Below are positions 48,545 through 57,549 of a stretch of DNA of 63,974 nt, in pieces. The translations under genes were made by a program, and so were the position numbers. Under the pieces are notes generated by a model, which was not told where the DNA came from, did not search any database, and saw nothing but the letters and a program-made list of their open reading frames with translations. The stretch comes from a virus (lineage: Duplodnaviria > Caudoviricetes). Positions within the stretch are counted from its first letter, which is position 1. The number at the start of each line of letters is the position of its first letter. The stretch lies in the IMG/VR virus record IMGVR_UViG_3300016484_000411, positions 1 through 63,974 of that record; one strand, given 5' to 3'.

Positions 48545-50713
48545 ATGGAAAATACAGATAACGCTTTAACAAAATTAGCTGATCAAAAAGAGCAAGCCCT
48601 TACATTGGAAAGATTGTTAGAGTCAGTAAATAAGTTAAATTCATTACATGATAATAAATTACTAAGTGAAAATAAAAATGTGATTCTTGAGGTTAGTCTT
48701 TGGAATAACATAAAATATTATTTAGGTAAACTAGGTAGATACAAAGCTGGAGGTAAAATTTTAGGTAAAGGTAAAGTAGACCAAGAAGCTGGAGCGAAGA
48801 TAGAAAGAATTATTCGTAAAAAAGGTAATGAGGCTATTGAGTTATTACATAATAGTATTATGTCTTTAAACTCTAAAGATAAAGGTGAATTCCCTAATAA
48901 TAGAGACCCAGAAGTATTTTTAGATATAGTATTAAGTATTGCTCAAACATATGACTCAATTGTTGCGGCAACAAAATTAGATTCAAAAGATAAATCATAT
49001 TTAGCACCAGATATTGCTAATAATATCATACACGATTTAAGAGAATATGTTAAAAAATATTTAGATGTTGATGTAAACTGGGTTAATTCTATAATGGACT
49101 CAAAAGAAGATTCAGTTAAAAATGCTGATGAAGACGATGTTTTAATTACAGATTCTGAAGAACATTTAGATGAAGATAGACATTCCGATGTTAGGTCACA
49201 ATTACAAGCAAAAGCTGGTGATGAAAAAATAGATTCAGAAAGAATGAAAACCCTTAAATCTTGGAGATTACCTTTAAGTTTAATTGGGGCTGGAGCATCT
49301 TTTGGGGCTTTATCTTGGTTAATTGAATATATATTCCCAGCTGAAAAAATTTCCTCATTAACACCTGAAGAAATAAAAGAAATTTCTGAAAAAACAATAG
49401 GTCATGTAGAACCAGGTGATGGTATGACACAAACTTTTAACGCTATACCAGAGTTGGGTTCTAATTTAACTCCACAATCTAGTCCTGACGATGTCGTAGA
49501 TATTTTATCTAAAATTGGTGGTGGTGATGCACAAGCTGGTGTTGAGATTATTACACAAGATGGTGGTATATTCCGTGACCCAGAAATGGCTAAAGCAACC
49601 TTAACAGAATTAGTTAATAATCCACATGGACATGGTGACACATTAGAAGAAGTTTTTAGAGGTGATTGGGCCGGAACAGGAAGGTCTGCTGGTGATACAT
49701 TAGTTACTCAATCAGGTGGTTCGTTAAAAATGTTGATAGTTAAAGCTTTCATTAAATGGACATCTAAAACTATTGCTAAGAAAAGTGCTGTAGCTTTATT
49801 TGCCGGACCTATCCTTAAAGCTTTAGGTATTGGTTTAATAGGTGCTGGAGCAGTTGTTAAACTAATGAGAGAAAAAGGTAAACGTCAATCAAGATCAAAA
49901 ACATTAGACGATTTATTACAATCGTTACAATTTGTAGACGGACCTTCAGTATTAGAAGATACACCTAAACCAGGTGATGAGGATAAGGTTGGTAACGATT
50001 CTAGTGGTAAAAATATTTGTAACGCTAAAAATTTAAATGAATTGAATAAAATATTAGCAGAAACAAAGTCATTATCACAACCACTTAAAAATGTGTCTAC
50101 ATATCAAAAAGACCCAGAATTTAGAAAACTATTTTTAGATGCTTTCATTAGCTCTACTAGACCAATTAAAATAAATAAAGAACCACTTTTAACTACATTA
50201 AAAAAATTAAAAGAAAATGGTTTGTTAGAATATGGTGAGTCTGGTGATGGTTATATGTCTGGAAGCCGTAGAAATTATGTAAAACTTACTTACCAGGATT
50301 TACAAAAATTTATGGATAGTCTTATGAAATTATTTGCTGGAGTTTATAAAGCCTGTAAGAAAACAAGTAAAACTTTTCAATTAATTAAAAATTTCTTTAA
50401 ACAACTATTTGTAATCGCTTCACAAGGTAAAGGTAATATTTCTAGTGAGAAATCAAGAGAACAATTATGGAAAAAATTATTAGGTACTTTCTCTAATTTC
50501 TTAAGAGATCTTAATAAGTTACCTGATATGGAAAAAGGTAAAATAGAGAAAACAACACCAGAAAGCCCTGAAGAAGGTAGAGGTGGTGAAAAATCTAAAT
50601 CAACTTTTGCTGGTTCAGCTCCTAGAACTAAACCACCACAATTAGCACATCACGATAGAGGTGATAATTATATATCTGAAGAAATTAATAGAATTAAAAC
50701 ATTAATGAAATAA
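48545..50713 (+). CDS. Large hypothetical protein with two hydrophobic segments, putative internal/ejected protein
   Basis: LLES/LLSE/ILE leader; hydrophobic LSLIGAGASFGALSWLI and ILKALGIGLIGAGAVV; C-terminal ISEEINRIKTLMK. Confidence 0.7.
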   Translation: MENTDNALTKLADQKEQALTLERLLESVNKLNSLHDNKLLSENKNVILEVSLWNNIKYYLGKLGRYKAGGKILGKGKVDQEAGAKIERIIRKKGNEAIELLHNSIMSLNSKDKGEFPNNRDPEVFLDIVLSIAQTYDSIVAATKLDSKDKSYLAPDIANNIIHDLREYVKKYLDVDVNWVNSIMDSKEDSVKNADEDDVLITDSEEHLDEDRHSDVRSQLQAKAGDEKIDSERMKTLKSWRLPLSLIGAGASFGALSWLIEYIFPAEKISSLTPEEIKEISEKTIGHVEPGDGMTQTFNAIPELGSNLTPQSSPDDVVDILSKIGGGDAQAGVEIITQDGGIFRDPEMAKATLTELVNNPHGHGDTLEEVFRGDWAGTGRSAGDTLVTQSGGSLKMLIVKAFIKWTSKTIAKKSAVALFAGPILKALGIGLIGAGAVVKLMREKGKRQSRSKTLDDLLQSLQFVDGPSVLEDTPKPGDEDKVGNDSSGKNICNAKNLNELNKILAETKSLSQPLKNVSTYQKDPEFRKLFLDAFISSTRPIKINKEPLLTTLKKLKENGLLEYGESGDGYMSGSRRNYVKLTYQDLQKFMDSLMKLFAGVYKACKKTSKTFQLIKNFFKQLFVIASQGKGNISSEKSREQLWKKLLGTFSNFLRDLNKLPDMEKGKIEKTTPESPEEGRGGEKSKSTFAGSAPRTKPPQLAHHDRGDNYISEEINRIKTLMK

Positions 50714-50730
50714 TTTTTTCATTTAACGCA

Positions 50731-50737
50731 TATTTAT
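50731..50737 (+). promoter_or_regulatory. TATTTAT putative late promoter of the tail tube
   Basis: catatttataat, 41 nt upstream of the ATG. Confidence 0.7.
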
Positions 50738-50778
50738 AATAAAAGATAACAAAATAAAAAAAAAACAAACAATAAATT

Positions 50779-51267
50779 ATGGCAGATTTGTTAATGAGGA
50801 TGCCCGTACCTTACGAGCCCAAAAAGAAAAATAGATTCATCTTTAGATTCCCTACACCACTAGGTATCCAAGAGTGGTTCGTTGCTTCAGGTTCAAGACC
50901 TAGTATTACTATTGAAGAAGTTCCAATTCAATTCTTAAACACGGAAACTTATGTTGCCGGTAGATTTAACTGGGAGGCTATTGATGTTACTTTCCGTGAC
51001 CCAATTGGTCCTTCAGCTGCACAAGCTTTAATGGAATGGGTTCGTTTACATGCTGAATCGGTAACAGGACGTATGGGTTACGCCGCGGGTTATAAAAAGG
51101 ACGTAGAGTTAGAATTATTAGATCCTACTGGTGTTGTGATTGAAAAATGGATTCTACAAGGAACGATGTTAACTAATGTTAATTTTAACGACCTTGATTA
51201 CGGTTCTTCTGATGTGGCTGATATCAGTGCTACACTACGCTTTGATAGAGCGATACATGTATTCTAA
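50779..51267 (+). CDS. Tail tube protein (T4 gp19-like)
   Basis: EPKKKNRF, RPSI, AGRFNWEAIDVTFRD, EW, YKKD, EKWILQG, LDY, LRFDRA. Confidence 0.9.
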   Translation: MADLLMRMPVPYEPKKKNRFIFRFPTPLGIQEWFVASGSRPSITIEEVPIQFLNTETYVAGRFNWEAIDVTFRDPIGPSAAQALMEWVRLHAESVTGRMGYAAGYKKDVELELLDPTGVVIEKWILQGTMLTNVNFNDLDYGSSDVADISATLRFDRAIHVF

Positions 51268-51289
51268 ATTTTTAACTTAACGCTAATAC

Positions 51290-51318
51290 TTGACAACCAA
51301 AGATATTATCCATATATT
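51290..51318 (+). promoter_or_regulatory. Sigma70-like promoter TTGACA-N17-TATATT overlapping the TATTTAT motif
   Basis: TTGACA 51290-51295, 17-nt spacer, TATATT 51313-51318. Confidence 0.35.
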
Positions 51319-51339
51319 TATAGTAATAACTGTAAGTAT

Positions 51340-52884
51340 ATGGATTTTTCTTTTTTTACCACAAACAATAAATCAGGTCACAAAACTAAGGAAGTATGGT
51401 TTTCTAAAAACCACCCTGAAGAATATGTTGCAATTATAAATTATTCTGACCTAGTATTACCAAAAGAGTCAACATTTAAAGAAAAAATATGGGTTTATTA
51501 TCACAAACTAAGTGGTAGACCTAAATGTTCTGGATGTGATAATCATGTTAAATTTTCTGAACGTTTTGATCGTGGTTATGGGAGTTTTTGTTCTCTTGAA
51601 TGTGCCAACAACAACCAAGATTTAATGTTAGATAAAATCAAAGAATCCAACCAAAAAAAATGGGGTGTAGATTTTTATACACAACACAAAGATTTTGTTA
51701 CTAAACAGAAAAGAACTAAGAAGGAAAAGTATGGGAATGAAAACTATAACAATTCCCAAAAAATGAAAACAACTAAAAAATTATTATATGGTAGTGATAC
51801 TTATAATAATTCAGAAAAAAATAAAATAACTAGACGTGACAGTTTTATTAGTTTAGTTAATGAAAAGACCAAGGATACTTTTATATCTTATGAATTAGAT
51901 TCAGAAAATATAACTTTACAGTGTCAATTTTGTGGTCAACAATATGAAATATATAACAACCTTTTTAATTATAGAGTTAAACAAAAATCTATTTTATGTA
52001 CTAAATGTAACCTAACCGAAGACAAACAAACTTCAGGCTTAGAAAAAGATTTATCAAATTTTGTTTCTTCATTAGAAAAAATAGTAACTAAAGATAGATC
52101 ACTATTAGATGGTAAAGAGGTTGACCTATTGGTACCTAATAAACTTTTAGGGATAGAATTTAACGGCTTATACTGGCACTCAGAACTATACATAGATAAA
52201 GATTACCATTTAAATAAGACTTTAAAAGCAAACTCTAAAGGTTTTGACTTGATCCATATTTTTGAGGATGAGTGGTTAGAAAAACCTGAAATAGTGAAAT
52301 CAATAATAAAAAATAAATTAGGTATTAAGGAAAGGGTGATATATGGTAGAAAATGTAAGATAAATTTATTAGATAAAGATACTGAAATAGATTTTTTAAA
52401 TAAAAATCATATTCAAGGTTTTGTCGGGTCAAATGTTTGTTACGGATTATACTTTAACGATGAATTAGTTTCTTTAATGTCTTTTGGTGGTCTAAGAAAA
52501 TCTTTAGGTCATAAAAAAGAAGAAGGTGTGTATGAAATGTTAAGGTTTTGTAATAAGTTAGATACTAAAGTCCTCGGTGGTGCTTCTAAACTTTTTAAAT
52601 ATTTTTTAAAAAATAATTCACCTAAAAGAGTTATCACATATTCAGATAGAAGGTATTTTAACGGTGAGTTATACCAAACATTAGGTTTTAATAATAATGG
52701 GGTAACTAAACCAAATTATTTTTACACTATTAAACATAGTAGGTTTAATCGTTATAAATACCGTAAAGATGTTTTAGTTAAAGAAAGTTTTGACCCGAAT
52801 AAAACAGAAGAACAGATAATGAGAGAACGTGGGTATCTTAGAATATGGGATTGTGGTAATGTTAGGTGGGAGTACACTACCTAA
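51340..52884 (+). CDS. Hef-like endonuclease with GNAT/Mom-like C-terminal domain (paralog 2)
   Basis: RPKCSGC..FCSLEC; KYG repeats; EVDLLVP..GIEFNGLYWHS; NHIQG, EMLRF, TYSDRR, RIWDCG. Confidence 0.8.
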   Translation: MDFSFFTTNNKSGHKTKEVWFSKNHPEEYVAIINYSDLVLPKESTFKEKIWVYYHKLSGRPKCSGCDNHVKFSERFDRGYGSFCSLECANNNQDLMLDKIKESNQKKWGVDFYTQHKDFVTKQKRTKKEKYGNENYNNSQKMKTTKKLLYGSDTYNNSEKNKITRRDSFISLVNEKTKDTFISYELDSENITLQCQFCGQQYEIYNNLFNYRVKQKSILCTKCNLTEDKQTSGLEKDLSNFVSSLEKIVTKDRSLLDGKEVDLLVPNKLLGIEFNGLYWHSELYIDKDYHLNKTLKANSKGFDLIHIFEDEWLEKPEIVKSIIKNKLGIKERVIYGRKCKINLLDKDTEIDFLNKNHIQGFVGSNVCYGLYFNDELVSLMSFGGLRKSLGHKKEEGVYEMLRFCNKLDTKVLGGASKLFKYFLKNNSPKRVITYSDRRYFNGELYQTLGFNNNGVTKPNYFYTIKHSRFNRYKYRKDVLVKESFDPNKTEEQIMRERGYLRIWDCGNVRWEYTT

Positions 52885-52917
52885 CATCAAACCAAAAAGT
52901 TCTCCCTTTAGAATCTA

Positions 52918-53042
52918 TTAACTTATTTTTTTACCATAACATTGTAACCATTCTTTAAAAGTTACTTTATCATTAAAATATGGGTTTGTCCACCACCTAA
53001 CTGATAAGCCTCAATAACAACCTCTTTACACAGTTCTAACAT
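52918..53042 (-). pseudogene. Possible frameshifted small-gene remnant
   Basis: MLELCKEVVIEAYQLG.. in one frame and ..WWTNPYFNDKVTFKEWLQCYGKKIS* in another. Confidence 0.25.
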
Positions 53043-53172
53043 CTTTTTATTTTTAATTACCTATCTAGAAGACACAAAACGGTTTATATAAGGGGTTTTA
53101 TTTTTATAAATTTTATTATTTTAATAAATTTAAGGATATTTATTTATATAATATACAAATAAAAAATTAAAA

Positions 53173-54600
53173 ATGAAATTTAAATTATCTCAAATTTTAG
53201 AATCCAACATTCTTTTGGAAGGAAGAAGAGAGGATGTTATTAAAAAATATGGTGAAAACCACACCGATTTAGTTGATATGTTTGTTGATATTGACCCATC
53301 TGGAAACAATAAATATCTAGATTGGATGGTTAAAACAGCTCTAGGTAAAAATCAAGACCAAAGAACTCCAATGGCTGGTGATGTTGGTAAAGTTGTTAAC
53401 GATTTTCATAGATTGTTATCTAAAATTAAACAAAAAGATATTAATAGTTATAAATCTTTAGATGAATTATCATTAGTAGTTAAACAAGCTATAGCTGATG
53501 AAGAAGAAAAACAAATATCGAAACAGGCTAAAAAATTGTATGACAAAGATGGTGTACTTATTTACGCACCTTTTACAGTACAAGCTTCTTGTAGATATGG
53601 TGCAGGTTCTAAATGGTGTATAGCTGGTAAATCTGATAGTAGAGGTTTAAATACTTATTTTGATGATTATAGTAAACACTCTAATTTTTACTTCTTCATT
53701 AATAATAACCTTAACCCAAGTTCTTCACCTAGAGATTATAAATACGCTTTACAATGGAGATTTGATAGGGGGTCTGATGATTTAACATGGTGGGATGCTC
53801 AAGATAACCCACACTCAAATCCACCAAGTTGGGTAACTCCAGAAATGATTCAAGTTGCCAAAAATTTTAATCCACAACATAAAAAAATTAAATTAGAGGC
53901 TAAATCTAAAGCTTTCATAGAAAATCCTTCATGGAATGAATATAATACATATTCTGATATTTTAACTCCAGAACAAAAAACTAGTGTTATTAATAAAATC
54001 ATTAATAAGGGTGGTTTAAATTCACAAGCTTTTTCAGTTTTAGCTAAAGATTTAACTGATAAACAAAAAATGGATTTCATTACAAACTATGTTAAAGGTA
54101 ATGTTAATGTTAGTGACTATAGAAATATGAAAGATAACCTTAACCAAGGTCAAAAAATAACATTAATCACTTTTAACCCAACCATCTTAAATAACTATGA
54201 CGTTATGAATGAACTTAATAGTGAATTAACAGATGAACAAAAATATAAAATAGCTAAAAACATTGATGCTAAACAAATTAACAACACTGATAGTAAAGTT
54301 TTGTTTAGAAAATGGTCTATGACTGAAGAGGAAAGAGCTAAACATAGTAGTACATCTTTCTATGTATTCTTATCTACACCATCAGAATATATTGAGAAAC
54401 TTGTTAAAGTTGACCCATTAGACCCAGATTCTTATAGAACCATTAATATGATGAAATTAAGAAAACAAGTACAAGCAGACACTAGAATGTTTGGTATTAA
54501 AACTAAAGCAGGTTTATTAGATGAGTTTATCGGTAAATCTAGTGATGGTGTCGATGAGGCAACTATTGATATGATTAAACAAAACTCTACATCAATTTAA
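53173..54600 (+). CDS. Hypothetical protein, putative internal head protein
   Basis: ILESNILLEG leader; DPS..KYLDWM and ASCRYGAGSKWCI block; C-terminal LT.EQK helical repeats. Confidence 0.7.
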   Translation: MKFKLSQILESNILLEGRREDVIKKYGENHTDLVDMFVDIDPSGNNKYLDWMVKTALGKNQDQRTPMAGDVGKVVNDFHRLLSKIKQKDINSYKSLDELSLVVKQAIADEEEKQISKQAKKLYDKDGVLIYAPFTVQASCRYGAGSKWCIAGKSDSRGLNTYFDDYSKHSNFYFFINNNLNPSSSPRDYKYALQWRFDRGSDDLTWWDAQDNPHSNPPSWVTPEMIQVAKNFNPQHKKIKLEAKSKAFIENPSWNEYNTYSDILTPEQKTSVINKIINKGGLNSQAFSVLAKDLTDKQKMDFITNYVKGNVNVSDYRNMKDNLNQGQKITLITFNPTILNNYDVMNELNSELTDEQKYKIAKNIDAKQINNTDSKVLFRKWSMTEEERAKHSSTSFYVFLSTPSEYIEKLVKVDPLDPDSYRTINMMKLRKQVQADTRMFGIKTKAGLLDEFIGKSSDGVDEATIDMIKQNSTSI

Positions 54601-54620
54601 TCATACTGATATTTATATTA

Positions 54621-54648
54621 AAAAAGGGGTCTTAAGGTCCCTTTTTTT
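54621..54648 (+). terminator. Intrinsic terminator with G-U pairs
   Basis: GGGGUC-UUAA-GGUCCC followed by U7. Confidence 0.6.
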
Positions 54649-54671
54649 ATAAAAAAAAATTTTACACAATA

Positions 54672-56264
54672 ATGGATAAATTAATTAGAAAAATAATCTT
54701 AGAAGAGACTGAAGAAGTTAATGCTGATGATTTGTTTAAAGAACCATTAAAAACTGATCCTTCTAAAGGTATTGTTGCACCATCAAAAAAAGTTATTTCC
54801 GATGTTTGTGAAAAAGAAAAATTTTGTCAAAAACAAGGCCCTATTACTTTTGGTCAATTAAGAGTTTTAATCGAGACGGCTCAAAAAAAGAATTTATCTT
54901 ATGACATAGGTGAAGGGTTTTATAAAGCTATGTTAAGATTATTTCCATGGTTTTTTCCACAAATTGCTATAGCTGGGTTTGTTGGTAGTTCTGTGAGAGC
55001 CTTTAATAAAATAATTAAACCAGGTTTAGAAGATACTAGAGGTTATAAAAAATGGTGGGGTAAAACTTTAATTCGTATTATGGATACTGTTGAGGGTGAT
55101 ATACCACATGAAGATCCAATATCAAAAATATTTTTTATTTCAGACGGTTTATTACACATGATGGATAGAAAATTCAAAATTAAGTTTGCTAGATATGTAG
55201 CTGAACTAGCCGCATCAAAACCTGATTCAGAACCAGTACCAGAATATTTTGTTGAGAACGAATTGAGAAAGTGGGTTAATCAAAAATTCTTAATAAACCC
55301 ACCATTAGGTCCAAAAACAATGAATGAATCTGAAGAAGATGACTGGGGTTGGGCTAAAGAAATAGAAATTAAAACCGATTTAACTCCATCACAAATTTAT
55401 AATAGATACAAGTCATTCCCTATAGAAATAGTTGGCCCTTATATTGCCGGTCAATATAGAGATGTTAGATATGAAAATGGTGAATTATATCTTTTTGTTA
55501 GTGGATGGTGTGATTTTGTAAACCTTTTTCAGGATACCGATTCAAACTACGGATGGATGGGTAGGAGTTTAGCCAAAGCTGTATTATGTGATGATGATTA
55601 CTGGGAACCTTATTATAGTTCTGATTTAATAAGTAACTGGTATGACGATGTATGGAATATGGTTACTAATGATGAAGAACTTTTAGAACATGTTAAACAA
55701 TATATTATAAAAAATTTTATAGGAGAACCTTTAGATTCTGATGAAGACCCAGATGGTGAAGGATTAAGGGAAGATATGTTACAAGACAATCAATTATTGG
55801 GGACATTAATTGACGATGAGGATATATTTATGGACTTAAAAAATGAATTAAGTTGGGCTTATGGTTCTGCTTATAACATGGCTGCATCAAATAATATTTA
55901 TAACGCAGCAGTAAATGCTATTATAGATATTTTTGGTAAAGGTACATGGGGTGCACGTGACCTTGAATTCAAAGCTACAGATGTTATTATGGATAGTGTT
56001 AAAAATAAAATAAGTAGTTGTTGGGATTATTGTGATAGGTATTATGATAGTGATAAACATTACGACCCTGAAGAACACGAGGATGAAATAGAAGCTATTG
56101 AAAGTTACTGTCCAGAATGTATAGACACACCTTTTGATGACTGGGGTTATTTTATAGATTTTTTAAATGAAGAAGGAGAAGGGCTATCAGCTAGATATGA
56201 CGAATACCCAAGTGATGATGATTTAAAAGACTATTTTAGAGATGATGTTTATGGTAGAATATAA
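54672..56264 (+). CDS. Two-part hypothetical protein, putative internal head protein
   Basis: IRKIILEE leader; internal MNESEEDDWGWAKEI junction; very acidic C-terminal half. Confidence 0.7.
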   Translation: MDKLIRKIILEETEEVNADDLFKEPLKTDPSKGIVAPSKKVISDVCEKEKFCQKQGPITFGQLRVLIETAQKKNLSYDIGEGFYKAMLRLFPWFFPQIAIAGFVGSSVRAFNKIIKPGLEDTRGYKKWWGKTLIRIMDTVEGDIPHEDPISKIFFISDGLLHMMDRKFKIKFARYVAELAASKPDSEPVPEYFVENELRKWVNQKFLINPPLGPKTMNESEEDDWGWAKEIEIKTDLTPSQIYNRYKSFPIEIVGPYIAGQYRDVRYENGELYLFVSGWCDFVNLFQDTDSNYGWMGRSLAKAVLCDDDYWEPYYSSDLISNWYDDVWNMVTNDEELLEHVKQYIIKNFIGEPLDSDEDPDGEGLREDMLQDNQLLGTLIDDEDIFMDLKNELSWAYGSAYNMAASNNIYNAAVNAIIDIFGKGTWGARDLEFKATDVIMDSVKNKISSCWDYCDRYYDSDKHYDPEEHEDEIEAIESYCPECIDTPFDDWGYFIDFLNEEGEGLSARYDEYPSDDDLKDYFRDDVYGRI

Positions 56265-56293
56265 AAAAAGGGACTTAAATTAAGTCCCTTTTT
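56263..56293. terminator. Bidirectional terminator
   Basis: AAAAAGGGACTTAA-A-TTAAGTCCCTTTTT. Confidence 0.9.
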
Positions 56294-56297
56294 ATTT

Positions 56298-57323
56298 TTA
56301 CCAATCGTATCTTAAGTCGTAATCATTACGTGAAGTAAAATCTTGTATTGTGTAACCACCATTGAAGTCATCATAATCAAACAAATCTACAAAACCATTT
56401 TGATTAACATCGTCTTCATAATCATCAAACCATACCTCCTCATCTTCATCATCAGATTCATTAAGTAATTTTTGGTTATTAGTCGTACTTGAAGATTTCC
56501 CATAATTGTATGATACACCGTACCCAAAACCGTATGGGTTTACGTTATCTTCAATTCTTTCGTAAAAATTCTCACCCAAGATTTCATGTAATCTTAAACC
56601 TAATTCGAATGAGTTTTGAACTTCCTCAACAACAACATATTCATTAGCCGTGTGATAACGGTGGTAACCTGCTGCCAAGTTAAGACAAGAGAAACCGAAT
56701 TTTTCCATCAAAGGCCAGATATCAGTATACGGGTGACGTTCCCAATGAGTAATACCGTGTTCAGTAATAAGTCCACCTACTTTTTGACCGAATTCAGAAG
56801 TTTTACCGAAAAGTGATTTACCCATTAAAGTCATACTCATAGAATCTCCTTCAGGTGAATCGTATTGAATAGCGTAACCAACATTACTGAAAAACTCAGG
56901 GTCAGCTTGTCTAGAACCAACACAACCAATTTCTTCTGAAACAAATAGAGCAACTTTAACATTGTCTAATGTGTCCAACATCTCTAAACAAAGATAGACG
57001 CCACATTTATCATCACCACCGATGCCAGAAGGCTTCATGGTCTTAGAGTCTATACCTGTTAAGATAGTTTTATTACCCTCTTGTAATTGAACAACCATTA
57101 AGTTAGGATTAACTTTATGTACAGTGTCTGTGTGTGCCACAAAACAAGGATACCATTCAGCAACACCTTTAGTTACATAAATGTTACCAATATCGTCTAC
57201 CTGATAGTTATATCCTTTTTCGGACAAAACACCTTTAAGGTATTCAATCATCAACACTTCATCACGAGAATAAGTAGGTACTGATAATACATCCTTAAGT
57301 CTATTTAATTTTTCAGTTTTCAT
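56298..57323 (-). CDS. M20/M28-clan zinc peptidase with acidic tail
   Basis: AHTDTVH, GGDDKCG, SEEIG, QYD, YHTANE. Confidence 0.85.
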   Translation of the reverse strand: MKTEKLNRLKDVLSVPTYSRDEVLMIEYLKGVLSEKGYNYQVDDIGNIYVTKGVAEWYPCFVAHTDTVHKVNPNLMVVQLQEGNKTILTGIDSKTMKPSGIGGDDKCGVYLCLEMLDTLDNVKVALFVSEEIGCVGSRQADPEFFSNVGYAIQYDSPEGDSMSMTLMGKSLFGKTSEFGQKVGGLITEHGITHWERHPYTDIWPLMEKFGFSCLNLAAGYHRYHTANEYVVVEEVQNSFELGLRLHEILGENFYERIEDNVNPYGFGYGVSYNYGKSSSTTNNQKLLNESDDEDEEVWFDDYEDDVNQNGFVDLFDYDDFNGGYTIQDFTSRNDYDLRYDW

Positions 57324-57349
57324 TTTCTTTATTTAGATTAATTATAAGA

Positions 57350-57381
57350 CAAATATAAGGACATTATTTTGATTAAACAAA
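57350..57381 (-). promoter_or_regulatory. Bacteroidota-type promoter TTTG-N20-TAnnTTTG
   Basis: Minus strand TTTG (57378-57381), 20-nt spacer, TATATTTG (57350-57357). Confidence 0.65.
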
Positions 57382-57549
57382 CTTTTTGTTAAAAATATTG
57401 ATTTTTTTAAATAATTTTTCTAATGAAGCTTATTAAGCTTTCTTTTAATAATATAGATAATAGCCTTTATTAAAAGGCTTAAATATTATTTTATTAAATA
57501 TTAATGATATGCGCTACAATATAAGGTAAATAATTTTACATTGTAAACA

